DNA of 64,000 nt from NCBI GenBank assembly GCA_050506795.1, contig JBJHCF010000005.1, positions 90,139 to 154,138 of the forward strand, read 5' to 3'. Under the pieces are notes generated by a model. That model searched no databases. It was given only the letters and a program-made list of their open reading frames with translations, and was not told where the DNA came from. Source of the DNA: Opitutia bacterium (lineage in GTDB: Bacteria > Verrucomicrobiota > Verrucomicrobiia > Opitutales > T3Sed10-336). Positions 29,390-38,626 of this stretch are shown here, one piece after another; positions within the stretch are counted from its first letter, which is position 1; every line of letters starts with the position of its first letter. Made by a program: the position numbers and the translations under genes.

Positions 29390-30821
29390 CCATAGATCAA
29401 ATGCGGTCGGATTCCGATCGGGGTCTGTCGAGCGGGCGTTGCGCCGTTTTGGAGCGGCCTTCGCCCATATAGGCAGTCTGGATCGATTCACAGACGCCTT
29501 GGAAAAGGCCATGAGTGAAGCGATGTTTCTGAGGGAAGCAGTGATTCATCTGGAGGCAGAAGATCAATCCGGCACGGCCAGGGATTGTTTCGTGGCAGGG
29601 TCATTGGTGCTTCCACTCCAGGGGAAGCAAGCGGTACGTGGAACCGTGGAGGTGCGCAGTCCCGGCGCGCTGCGCCCGTACGGTCCCGATGAACTGCGGT
29701 TGCTGTCTTCCCTGACTTCGTTTTGCGCCTCATTGGTCGAACATGCGTTCAAACACGCGGACCAAGGCCGGGATCTGGCTATTCTGCGGTATATTTTTGA
29801 TCAGCTCCCGGTCCCGGTGCTGGCCTGTACCGAGAGCGGTCGGATCCTGATCCTGAACTCGCGCGGCGCTTCCTGCCTTCGGCTTTCAAAATCCGAACCG
29901 GGGCACCTCGGGTCGGAGATTCATTCCAGGATGCTTGCGGCCTGCGAGAAGAACGGAGCTTCCAGTTTCGGCTTTTTTGTCGCTCTACCGGGCCAATTGA
30001 TGAAGGCAACGGTGTCGCCCTGTCCGGCACAGGGCACGATGGAGCGGGTCTATTGCATGACGATCATGGACCTGACGCAGGAAAGGGAGCGTCTTCGCCA
30101 AGGGCTTTTCCGAGAAGCCTTTCGTTGTCGTTGGCTGAATAAACCGCTGACCCGGATCACTTTACGCAACACAGAGAATCCTATGGCCCTTATCGAAATG
30201 CTACCCCTTTTGCGGCGTCGCCTTGGCAGTGACGACCGGGCGGGTCCGTGGGAGGAGGATGCCTTGGCCCTGGCATTTCCCGAGATCACGAAGTGGCAGG
30301 CTTTGACGGAACTCCGCGAGTGGCTGCGGACTGACCAAAGTGGCGAAATGACCGTTGGGGTAGCCATGATGGAAGCGGGATCTGATCATCCGGAAGAGAT
30401 CGGTGAAGCAGAGGGCGAGGAAATTTTCCGATTGGAGGAGATGCTTCGCCCGGCGATTCTCCTGCATGACGAGAGTCAGGAGGTGAATGACTCCCTGGAA
30501 TACGCCTTGCGAGGGGATTATCAGGTGGTCAAGAGCCATTGCTCCGCCGCAACCCTCGGTATCCTCGCCGACCGGCGATTCGATGGGTTAATTATCGAAC
30601 GGTATCCGCGTGACGGTGGCAGCGGGGTCGATTTGGCTCGACGTGCCGCGGAGATGAATCCTGACATCCAGGTTTTTTTCACCGGGGCTTTTGCGGAAGG
30701 AACCTGCAGTGACCTGAAGGACTTCGCGCGACCTCCGGTCGCGGTACCCAAGCCGTTCCGGGTGGATCGGCTCCTGGCACTCGTTCGCGAGTGCCTGGAT
30801 GCTCGGGGTTCTGTTTCCTGA
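29382..30821 (+). CDS. GAF/PAS-like + degenerate GGDEF-like + atypical receiver protein
   Basis: IFDQLPVPVL..GRILILN (PAS start), DDRAGPWEEDALALAFPE, C-terminal LLHDES..FDGLIIE..SG..FFTG..PKPF; ATG overlaps kinase stop. Confidence 0.7.
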   Translation: MIDHRSNAVGFRSGSVERALRRFGAAFAHIGSLDRFTDALEKAMSEAMFLREAVIHLEAEDQSGTARDCFVAGSLVLPLQGKQAVRGTVEVRSPGALRPYGPDELRLLSSLTSFCASLVEHAFKHADQGRDLAILRYIFDQLPVPVLACTESGRILILNSRGASCLRLSKSEPGHLGSEIHSRMLAACEKNGASSFGFFVALPGQLMKATVSPCPAQGTMERVYCMTIMDLTQERERLRQGLFREAFRCRWLNKPLTRITLRNTENPMALIEMLPLLRRRLGSDDRAGPWEEDALALAFPEITKWQALTELREWLRTDQSGEMTVGVAMMEAGSDHPEEIGEAEGEEIFRLEEMLRPAILLHDESQEVNDSLEYALRGDYQVVKSHCSAATLGILADRRFDGLIIERYPRDGGSGVDLARRAAEMNPDIQVFFTGAFAEGTCSDLKDFARPPVAVPKPFRVDRLLALVRECLDARGSVS

Positions 30822-30834
30822 TTCGGAGCCTTTC

Positions 30835-31740
30835 ATGGACGGCTTGGAGCAGGCACGGATGGAGTGCCCGGCGAAAATCAACCTTTCTCTTTCGGTTACG
30901 GGGCGCAACGCGGACGGTTTTCATAATCTGATTTCCCTGGTGGCGCCGGTCGATTTCGGGGATTGCCTGGAAGTCCGTCGGGAGGCTGGATCCGGGGTGT
31001 CCCTGGAGGTTGACGGTGAATCGATTCCCTCGGGAGAGGACAACCTGGTCATAATGGCGGCCCGTCTTTTTCTGCGGAATTTCTCCGCTGGCGGACGGTT
31101 TGCGTTTTTCCTGAAAAAGAGAGTTCCTGTCGGTGCGGGTCTGGGGGGAGGGAGTTCCGACGCGGTTGGGGCTTTGCTGTTGCTGAATAGGGTTCTTGGG
31201 AATCCGGCATCCGAGCGGGATCTATACACGATGGCCGGGGCACTCGGTTCCGATTGTCCCTTCTTTGTCCGGGCTTCGCCCGCGATAATGCGCGGCCGCG
31301 GCGATAAACTTGAATGGTTGACCGATCCGGAGGCTGAGCGGTTGCTGGGACGGCGTGTCATCCTTTTTAAACCTTTGCCCGGGGTTTCCACGGTTTGGGC
31401 CTATCGGGAATTGGCCCGCTCTGCCCGTTATTCGGATCCGGATCACGCGGAAGCCGTCCTTGCGGACTGGCGCGGGGGAAAAGGGTCGCTTGAGTCTCTG
31501 CTGAGCAACGATTTCGAGATTGTGGTGAGGGCTAAGTATCCGGGGATTCCGGTCCTTTTACGCGAATTGCGAAGCGATTCGCGCGCTCTGGCCATGATGA
31601 GCGGCAGCGGCAGCGCCTGCTTTCTGCTGCCGGCTGAGGGCTGCGAAGAGGGTGCGATTGCCAGGATTCAAGAAGCGTGGGGGGCGGATACGTTTTGTGT
31701 CGAAACCTTGATTGGCAAAAGGACATTGACCACGCCTTGA
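30835..31740 (+). CDS. ispE: 4-diphosphocytidyl-2-C-methyl-D-erythritol kinase
   Basis: PAKINL, DGFH, PVGAGLGGGSSDA, LGSDCPFF, MSGSGS. Confidence 0.96.
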   Translation: MDGLEQARMECPAKINLSLSVTGRNADGFHNLISLVAPVDFGDCLEVRREAGSGVSLEVDGESIPSGEDNLVIMAARLFLRNFSAGGRFAFFLKKRVPVGAGLGGGSSDAVGALLLLNRVLGNPASERDLYTMAGALGSDCPFFVRASPAIMRGRGDKLEWLTDPEAERLLGRRVILFKPLPGVSTVWAYRELARSARYSDPDHAEAVLADWRGGKGSLESLLSNDFEIVVRAKYPGIPVLLRELRSDSRALAMMSGSGSACFLLPAEGCEEGAIARIQEAWGADTFCVETLIGKRTLTTP

Positions 31741-31838
31741 GAAACGGCTGAAAATGTACTGCTTGCTGGATGGGAGAGATTGCGACGATTTTTGGGCGAT
31801 GGTATTAAGCGCAAAACAGTCTAGCGGAAGTGTGTTGA

Positions 31839-33605
31839 ATGGGGTCTGAAGTCCAAACGGAACGGATCCTGAAAGGGATTGCCGCATCGCCGGGGGTTGC
31901 CTGGGGTAAAGTGCATCTGTTCCTTCCGCAAGAAATAGAGATTCCCGATACCCCTGTGGCAGCTGGAGGGTCGAGTGTTGAAATCGAGCGGTTCGAGGAG
32001 TCTCTGATGGTGACCCGGCAGCAAGTGGTGAAATTGCAGCGCGAGGTGGCGCAGCGCCTCGGTGACGATGAAGCAAGAATTTTTGATGCTCACCTTCTTG
32101 TCCTGGAGGACCGGGCGCTCATCGAGGAAACGATTCGCGAGATTCAGAGTACGGGAAGAAACGTCGCGTTCTCCTTTAATCGTGTGGTCCAGCGCTACAT
32201 CGATGCCTTTGCCAATATCGACGACGAATATTTGCGGGAGCGGTCGAACGATATCCGTGATGTTTCCCGGCGCATGCTGCACAATCTGATGGGCAAGGCG
32301 CAATACGGCCTGGGTCGGCTGGCCGAAGAACGGGTGATCGTTGCCCGCGATATTTCCCCCTCCGACACCGCCAATATCGAAAAGGGAAAAGTATTGGCCT
32401 TCGTTACCGATGCGGGCAGCAAGACAAGCCATGCGGTCATTATGGCCCGGTCCATTCAGGTTCCAGCAGTCGTGGGCATGCGAAACTGCACTCGGCTGCT
32501 AAGACCCGGGGATCAGGTATTGGTTGACGGATACGACGGGCTGGTTGTCATCAACCCCAGCGAAGAAACCCTTTTTCGCTACGGCAAATTCCAGGAGGAA
32601 AAACGTTCCCTCGAGAAGAAGATCCTGGCGCAAATCGGGCGCTCCACCACCACCAGGGATGGGATCAACCTCGACTTGATGGCAAACATCGAAGGACCGT
32701 CGGAGGTTGACCGCCTGCACCGTTTCGGGGCTGAGGGAGTCGGCTTGTTCCGAACGGAGTATCTTTTCATGAACGCGGCGGAATTTCCGTCCGAAGACGA
32801 ACAATTCGAAGCCTACCGCAAAGTCGCCGAGGCGATTGCTCCGGCACCGGTGACTATTCGGACGCTTGACCTGGGCGGGGACAAATTCCCCAACAGTGTT
32901 TACCGGGCCGACTCGGAAACCAATCCATTCCTCGGGTTGCGGGCCATCCGCTTCTGCCTGGAAGACACGGGTTTGTTCAAGACACAATTGCGCGCGATTC
33001 TCCGGTCGTCCGTTTTCGGAAACGTGCGTCTAATGTATCCGATGATCAGTGGCGTCGGGGAGTTGGATCGGGCCAATGGCCTCTTGAAAGATGCCATGAA
33101 GGAGTTGGATAGCGAAGGGGTGGAATACGATAAAGCGATCAGAATCGGAGCGATGATCGAGATCCCCAGTGCGGCTTTGACGGCGGATATTCTGGCGCGT
33201 AAATGTGATTTTTTCAGTATCGGGAGCAACGACCTGATTCAGTACCTCCTGGCGATCGACCGGGTGAACGAACGAATCGCCCACCTCTATGAGCCGACCC
33301 ATCCGGCGGTGTTACGGATGATTGGATCCGTGATCGAGGCCGGTCACCGGCACAATATTCGGGTCAGCCTTTGCGGCGAAATAGCCGGGGATCCCGTCCT
33401 GGTTCCTCTGTTCGTGGGTCTGGGGATCGATGAGCTCAGTATTTCGGTTTCGGGTCTGCCCGGCATTAAATACCTTTTGCGAAACCTGAATCACGCGGAT
33501 ATGAAACAACTGACGGGGGAGGTGCTTGAGCTTGAGGATCCGAAGGAGATCTTCGCCCGGGCGGAAGCCTTTTACCAGCAACACCTTTCCAGCCTGATCT
33601 CCTGA
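31839..33605 (+). CDS. ptsI: Phosphoenolpyruvate-protein phosphotransferase (PTS enzyme I)
   Basis: GIAASPG, TSHAVIMARS, GVGLFRTE, RTLDLGGDK, SIGSNDLIQY, CGE. Confidence 0.96.
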   Translation: MGSEVQTERILKGIAASPGVAWGKVHLFLPQEIEIPDTPVAAGGSSVEIERFEESLMVTRQQVVKLQREVAQRLGDDEARIFDAHLLVLEDRALIEETIREIQSTGRNVAFSFNRVVQRYIDAFANIDDEYLRERSNDIRDVSRRMLHNLMGKAQYGLGRLAEERVIVARDISPSDTANIEKGKVLAFVTDAGSKTSHAVIMARSIQVPAVVGMRNCTRLLRPGDQVLVDGYDGLVVINPSEETLFRYGKFQEEKRSLEKKILAQIGRSTTTRDGINLDLMANIEGPSEVDRLHRFGAEGVGLFRTEYLFMNAAEFPSEDEQFEAYRKVAEAIAPAPVTIRTLDLGGDKFPNSVYRADSETNPFLGLRAIRFCLEDTGLFKTQLRAILRSSVFGNVRLMYPMISGVGELDRANGLLKDAMKELDSEGVEYDKAIRIGAMIEIPSAALTADILARKCDFFSIGSNDLIQYLLAIDRVNERIAHLYEPTHPAVLRMIGSVIEAGHRHNIRVSLCGEIAGDPVLVPLFVGLGIDELSISVSGLPGIKYLLRNLNHADMKQLTGEVLELEDPKEIFARAEAFYQQHLSSLIS

Positions 33606-33614
33606 TGGCGCCGG

Positions 33615-34907
33615 TCAGAGTGCCTTGATTCCCCGGCAGAGGACTTCACCGGCCTGGTCGATGGTGGGGTCATCGTGGGCGGTGCTGATAAAACAGGTTT
33701 CGAACGGCGATGGAGGAAGGTAAACGCCGCGCTCGAGGGCGAAATGAAAGAGTTTGGCGAAATGGTCGCGATTGGCGGCGGTGGCGGAGGGGTAATTCGT
33801 AACCGGGTCCTCGGCAAAGAAGAAACTGAACATGGAGCCCGTGCGGGGGACCTGCAGGGCGATTCCTTTTTCCCTTGCGGCTTCCTCCACGGCGGTCGCC
33901 AAACGCAGGCCCAAGGCCTCGAGCTTCGCGTACGGGGGATGTTCCGATAGCAGGGCGAGTGACGCCAGGCCCGCAGCCATGGCCAGAGGGTTACCGCTGA
34001 GGGTTCCTGCCTGATAGACCGGTCCGACCGGCGCCAGCTGGTTCATAATCTCGGCCTTACCTCCGAAAGCGCCCACCGGCAGGCCGCCGCCGATGATTTT
34101 GCCCATGGCGGTGAGGTCCGGTTTAACGGCCTCCTTTTCCTGAACCCCTCCGTAAGCGACTCGAAAGCCGGTCATGACTTCGTCGAAAATCAGGAGAGCT
34201 CCGTTCTCCGAACACAAACGACGTACCTCCTGGAGGTAACCCTGTCGTGGGAGGATGAGTCCGACATTGGCGGGGTAGGGCTCAATGATTACGGCGGCGA
34301 TTTGCTCCGGATTCGCGGCAAAAACCTCGCGCAGAGCATCCGGGTCGTTGTAGTCGATAACCACCGTTTCGCGGGCAAAGCTCGCGGGAACCCCCGCGCT
34401 GTCCGGACTACCGTGGGTCAGGGCGCCGGATCCGGCCGAAATCAGCAGAGAATCCACGTGCCCGTGGTAACAGCCGGCGAATTTGACGATCTTGTCGCGG
34501 CCGGTGAAACCCCGCGCCAGGCGGATGCAAGACATGGTGGCTTCCGTTCCGCTGTTGACCATCCGGACTTTCTCGACGGACGGAACTCCGGCCACAATGC
34601 GCTCGGCCATATCCACTTCTGACGGCGAAGGAGTGCCGAAACTGGTGCCATTCTTGAGAGCCTTTTCGAGGGAGGCGCGGATCGCCGGGGGGTTGTGTCC
34701 GTGGATAGCCGGTCCCCAAGTACAAACGAAGTCTATAAGCCGCCGGCCGTCCGCGGTAAATAGAAACGGGCCGTCCGCGCTTTTGGTGAAAAAGGGCGTG
34801 CCACCGACGGAGCGAAAGGCGCGCACCGGAGAGTTTACTCCCCCGGGAATGGTCTTTTGGGCCCTTTCGAAAAGGCTTTCCGAGATGCGTGAATCAGAAT
34901 CGGCCAT
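33615..34907 (-). CDS. hemL: Glutamate-1-semialdehyde 2,1-aminomutase
   Basis: [51 protein letters not shown]. Confidence 0.98.
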   Translation of the reverse strand: MADSDSRISESLFERAQKTIPGGVNSPVRAFRSVGGTPFFTKSADGPFLFTADGRRLIDFVCTWGPAIHGHNPPAIRASLEKALKNGTSFGTPSPSEVDMAERIVAGVPSVEKVRMVNSGTEATMSCIRLARGFTGRDKIVKFAGCYHGHVDSLLISAGSGALTHGSPDSAGVPASFARETVVIDYNDPDALREVFAANPEQIAAVIIEPYPANVGLILPRQGYLQEVRRLCSENGALLIFDEVMTGFRVAYGGVQEKEAVKPDLTAMGKIIGGGLPVGAFGGKAEIMNQLAPVGPVYQAGTLSGNPLAMAAGLASLALLSEHPPYAKLEALGLRLATAVEEAAREKGIALQVPRTGSMFSFFFAEDPVTNYPSATAANRDHFAKLFHFALERGVYLPPSPFETCFISTAHDDPTIDQAGEVLCRGIKAL

Positions 34908-34998
34908 GGGGCAACAGTGTGAGGCACCCCCGGCTGCGGAATCAAGTCTGAAGGAGAATACGTATCGGTGCTTTCAGGACGATTCCACCGCGGCGGCC

Positions 34999-36264
34999 TC
35001 AGTCGTAGCGCAGGGCCACAATCGGGTCCAGTTTTGCCGCCCGCATCGCCGGATAGATACCGAAGATCACGCCTACCGCCACACTGATTCCAAGCGAGAG
35101 CACGATGGCGTACATGGGTACGATCGTGGGCATTCCCGCGAAATATTCGATGACTTGCGGGATGGTGACTCCCACCGCGATTCCGATTAATCCTCCGATG
35201 CTCGAAAGCACAATGGTTTCGATCAGGAATTGGCCTATGATCTGGGAGCGGCGGGCGCCGATGGCTCGTCTGATTCCGATTTCCCTGGTGCGCTCGGTAA
35301 CCGAGGCGAGCATGATATTCATGATGCCGATGCCTCCGACCAGAAGACTGATCCCGGCAATGGACCCCAGTACGATATTGAAGGTACGTTGGGTCGCTTC
35401 GGCCTGGCGCAGGAGAGCCAGCGGGACGCTGACCCGGTAATCCTCGCGGCTGTGAAACCGCTGCAACATGTGTTCGATGGCGGTGGCGGCGGATTGGACG
35501 TTTTCAATGTCGTCAATTTCGACCACCAGCTGGTGCAACTCCACCATGGAGCGCTCTTGAGAGCCCTCGCGTCGTCGGATCACGATGTCGCCGAAACGTT
35601 CGCGGGCGGTGGTCATGGGAATGTAGGCGTCGACCTCCTGGTCCGGAGTCTGGACTCCTCCGGCGGCCCCACCGGTTTCACTGCGAATAATTCCGACAAC
35701 CTGGTAGTAGTTCTGGCCGACCCGGATGCTGCTGCCAATGGCTTCCTCGGTGGCAAGGAGTCTACGCGCGGAGCGTTCGGTCAACACGCACACATTGGCA
35801 TTGCGAACCATGTCCGATTCCTGGAGTCGGCGTCCGGCCAAAAGTTCCCGCTCGACCAGATCGAACCAGTCGGGGGTGGTCCCGACAATCCGCAACTCCA
35901 TATTGCGGCCGCGTACGCGTGCCTCATAAGGTATCAGTTTTGCGGGCACGGTTCGGGTGACCGAGGAAATGGTTTCCTTGATGCGGGTTTCATCATCGTA
36001 GGTCAGACCGTAAATGCTCATGCGTACCCGTTCGCTGGCTTGATCCTCCTGCGGCTGGACCGAGTTGATGATGATATTCTGGCTGCCCAAACGGCGAATC
36101 TGTTCCTGCGCCTCCTCGCTCGCGCCCGTACCCACGGCCAACATGGCAATCACGCTCCCAACGCCAAAAACCACTCCGAGCATGGTCAGCATCGAACGCA
36201 GCTTGTGCAGCAGCAGGGTTTTTATTCCCAGTTGAATCAGGAGAAGATAGCGATGGAAGTTCAT
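34999..36264 (-). CDS. MacB-type ABC transporter permease
   Basis: RSMLTMLG, GGIGIMNIMLASVTERTREIG, PAMRAAKLDP. Confidence 0.93.
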   Translation of the reverse strand: MNFHRYLLLIQLGIKTLLLHKLRSMLTMLGVVFGVGSVIAMLAVGTGASEEAQEQIRRLGSQNIIINSVQPQEDQASERVRMSIYGLTYDDETRIKETISSVTRTVPAKLIPYEARVRGRNMELRIVGTTPDWFDLVERELLAGRRLQESDMVRNANVCVLTERSARRLLATEEAIGSSIRVGQNYYQVVGIIRSETGGAAGGVQTPDQEVDAYIPMTTARERFGDIVIRRREGSQERSMVELHQLVVEIDDIENVQSAATAIEHMLQRFHSREDYRVSVPLALLRQAEATQRTFNIVLGSIAGISLLVGGIGIMNIMLASVTERTREIGIRRAIGARRSQIIGQFLIETIVLSSIGGLIGIAVGVTIPQVIEYFAGMPTIVPMYAIVLSLGISVAVGVIFGIYPAMRAAKLDPIVALRYD

Positions 36265-36266
36265 GA

Positions 36267-37034
36267 TCAGTCGATGCGATCAATCAGGCCGTCTTTCATG
36301 TGCAGGCGATGATCGGCCCAGGCCGCGATGTCCGGCTCGTGGGTCACAATGATGATGGTCTTGCCTTGTTTATTCAGATCCCGGAGCAGTTCCATAATGT
36401 TTTCACCCGTGGCCGAATCCAGGTTTCCCGTCGGTTCGTCGGCCAGGATGACGTGCGGATCGTTGGCAAGAGCCCGGGCGATGGCGACACGTTGCTGCTG
36501 ACCGCCCGAGAGTTCGGCGGGCCGGTGGCCGAGACGCTGATCCAGGTCGACACTGCGGGCCAGTTCCGCCGCTCTTGCCGCACTTTCGTGCGGCTCCCAG
36601 CCCAGATAAAAGAGGGGGAGTTCGATATTCTCCCTGACTGTGAGCTGGGCGATGAGATTGAAACTCTGGAACACGAATCCGAGATAGGTAAGGCGAATCT
36701 GACTTAAATCGTCGTCTTCCAGTTGGCTGACATCGGTGTCGGCCAGAATATATTTTCCGGAGGTTGGCCGATCCAGGCACCCAAGAAGATTGAGCATGGT
36801 GCTCTTTCCGGAACCGGATGGTCCCATGATGGCCCAGAAGCTGCCGGGTTTGAAACTGACGGTTACCCCGGCCAGCGCATGGACCTTTTCCGAACCCATC
36901 TGATAAATCTTGCGAACGTCCTCCAGGCGCACAATGGCGTCGAGCTCGCTCTCTTTCTTTACCTGCGGTTCAGTGCTGGTGGCATCCATTGGTTGGTCGG
37001 CGATTCGAAGATTGTCATCCCCCACGGGTTCCAT
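36267..37034 (-). CDS. ABC transporter ATP-binding protein (LolD/MacB-type)
   Basis: [26 protein letters not shown]. Confidence 0.95.
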   Translation of the reverse strand: MEPVGDDNLRIADQPMDATSTEPQVKKESELDAIVRLEDVRKIYQMGSEKVHALAGVTVSFKPGSFWAIMGPSGSGKSTMLNLLGCLDRPTSGKYILADTDVSQLEDDDLSQIRLTYLGFVFQSFNLIAQLTVRENIELPLFYLGWEPHESAARAAELARSVDLDQRLGHRPAELSGGQQQRVAIARALANDPHVILADEPTGNLDSATGENIMELLRDLNKQGKTIIIVTHEPDIAAWADHRLHMKDGLIDRID

Positions 37035-37048
37035 TCCGTTCGGCCTTT

Positions 37049-38626
37049 TCAGCTCGCCTCCTGGTCCCGTTCCGAGGCCTCGGCGCTACCGATCAACTCT
37101 TCCATCTGAGTCTCGGTTTCCTCGTCGCCATGGTCGATTCGATCATGCAGCGGCGGAGCGAGCAAAACGACTTCGCCTTCTTCAACTCCACTGCGAATGT
37201 GTACCACGCGATTGTTGTCCAGCCCGATCTCCACCCGCCGGGGCTGAGGACCGCCGGGGGTTTGTACGTAGACGAAATGCTGTCCCGCGTAGCGAATCAC
37301 CGACTGGATCGGCACATAGAGCACATCGGAGAGTTCCTCGACGATGATTTCGGCGCGGCAGCTCATACCGGTGCGAAGGTCTCTGGCATCGACCTCAATT
37401 TGGGTGCTGTAAACTGTTAAATCAGGATTCAGCCAGATGCTTTGGGCATCGGGCATGGGGGCTATGCGGCGCACCACGCCCTCGTACACTCGGCCTGGTC
37501 GGGCATCGACAGTAATGCGGGCGGGCATGCCGACGTCGATCCTGTCCAGGGCCGACTCGTGCACCCGGATTTCGGCGATCATGCCCTCCGAAGCTGGCAG
37601 GTAAATGAGTTCCTGACGTTCGCGCACCTCCTGTCCGGCTTCGAGGGGCTCCTGGTTCGCCCGCCGACCTGTGTTGGCGCTGGTTTCGTAAACGACCATT
37701 CCGGCCGAGGGGGCCACGATGGTGCACATTTCGATCTGGTTTTCCAGCCGGGCTAATTGCTGCCGCTGACGCTGCAGTTCCTGCGAACGCGCGTTGAAAT
37801 TGGCGCGCGCTTGAACCATATCGGCTTCCGCTCTCATGCGGGTCCGTTCCAGGCTCTCGTGTGCTTGCTCCACATCGCTTTCCAGTTGCTCGCGCTGGCG
37901 TTCGTGATTGTAGGTTTCCAGAATGCTTAGGTTGGCTTCCGCCATTGCCAGGTCGATTCGGGCGCGCTGCCGGGAAAGGCGATCACCTTCCAACTCCAGG
38001 GGAGTGATAAAACCCCGTTGCGCCAGAGATTCGGAGTCCAGGAAACGTTGTTCCGCACGCGTCAGTTCCTCTCTGGCCAGATCGATATTGGACTGAAGAC
38101 GGTTCCGTTCCTGGGCGTATTCTCCGTCTTCCGCCAGGTATTTGCGCAAATCGAGTTGGGCGAAGCGAAGAGTCAGTTCCGCCTGGGCGATTTCACTTTG
38201 CGTGCGGCTCTCGGTGACCTTGAGTTCCTGCTCGGCGCGAATGAAGTCTGCCTCGGCGTTTTGTACGGAAATTTCCCGTTCGATCAGACGGTCTTCCAGG
38301 TCGCTCGAATCGAGCTCAACCAGCAGGTCGCCCGGTTGGACGTATTGACCCTCCTCGATTATCCAAAGGATCGTGGTGCGTCCTTCCACACGGTTGCTCA
38401 CGATTTCCAGGTCGCGGTTTCGGAGCGAGCCCGACTCGGTGACGCTGATCGTCAAATCGCCCCGGCGCACCTCGGCGGTGGGTCCGGCGTAAACCGGTCC
38501 GCGTTCCGAAGCCAACCACGTGGCGATGCCGGCGCCGACTGCAAGTATGGCGATGACAATTAGAGTGGGCCAGACAAGCTGTCCGGCGCGGCGGGGATTT
38601 CCCTCGGATTGAACTCTCTCACTCAT
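37049..38626 (-). CDS. Periplasmic adaptor (MacA/HlyD-like) with long coiled coil
   Basis: N-terminal TM, lipoyl-like EEGQYVQPGDLL, long helical hairpin, LRTGMS; start ATG 38626. Confidence 0.88.
   Translation of the reverse strand: MSERVQSEGNPRRAGQLVWPTLIVIAILAVGAGIATWLASERGPVYAGPTAEVRRGDLTISVTESGSLRNRDLEIVSNRVEGRTTILWIIEEGQYVQPGDLLVELDSSDLEDRLIEREISVQNAEADFIRAEQELKVTESRTQSEIAQAELTLRFAQLDLRKYLAEDGEYAQERNRLQSNIDLAREELTRAEQRFLDSESLAQRGFITPLELEGDRLSRQRARIDLAMAEANLSILETYNHERQREQLESDVEQAHESLERTRMRAEADMVQARANFNARSQELQRQRQQLARLENQIEMCTIVAPSAGMVVYETSANTGRRANQEPLEAGQEVRERQELIYLPASEGMIAEIRVHESALDRIDVGMPARITVDARPGRVYEGVVRRIAPMPDAQSIWLNPDLTVYSTQIEVDARDLRTGMSCRAEIIVEELSDVLYVPIQSVIRYAGQHFVYVQTPGGPQPRRVEIGLDNNRVVHIRSGVEEGEVVLLAPPLHDRIDHGDEETETQMEELIGSAEASERDQEAS

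Noticed and set aside
31839..33605. Nitrogen-related EI(Ntr)
   Set aside because: No N-terminal GAF domain; length fits standard enzyme I.
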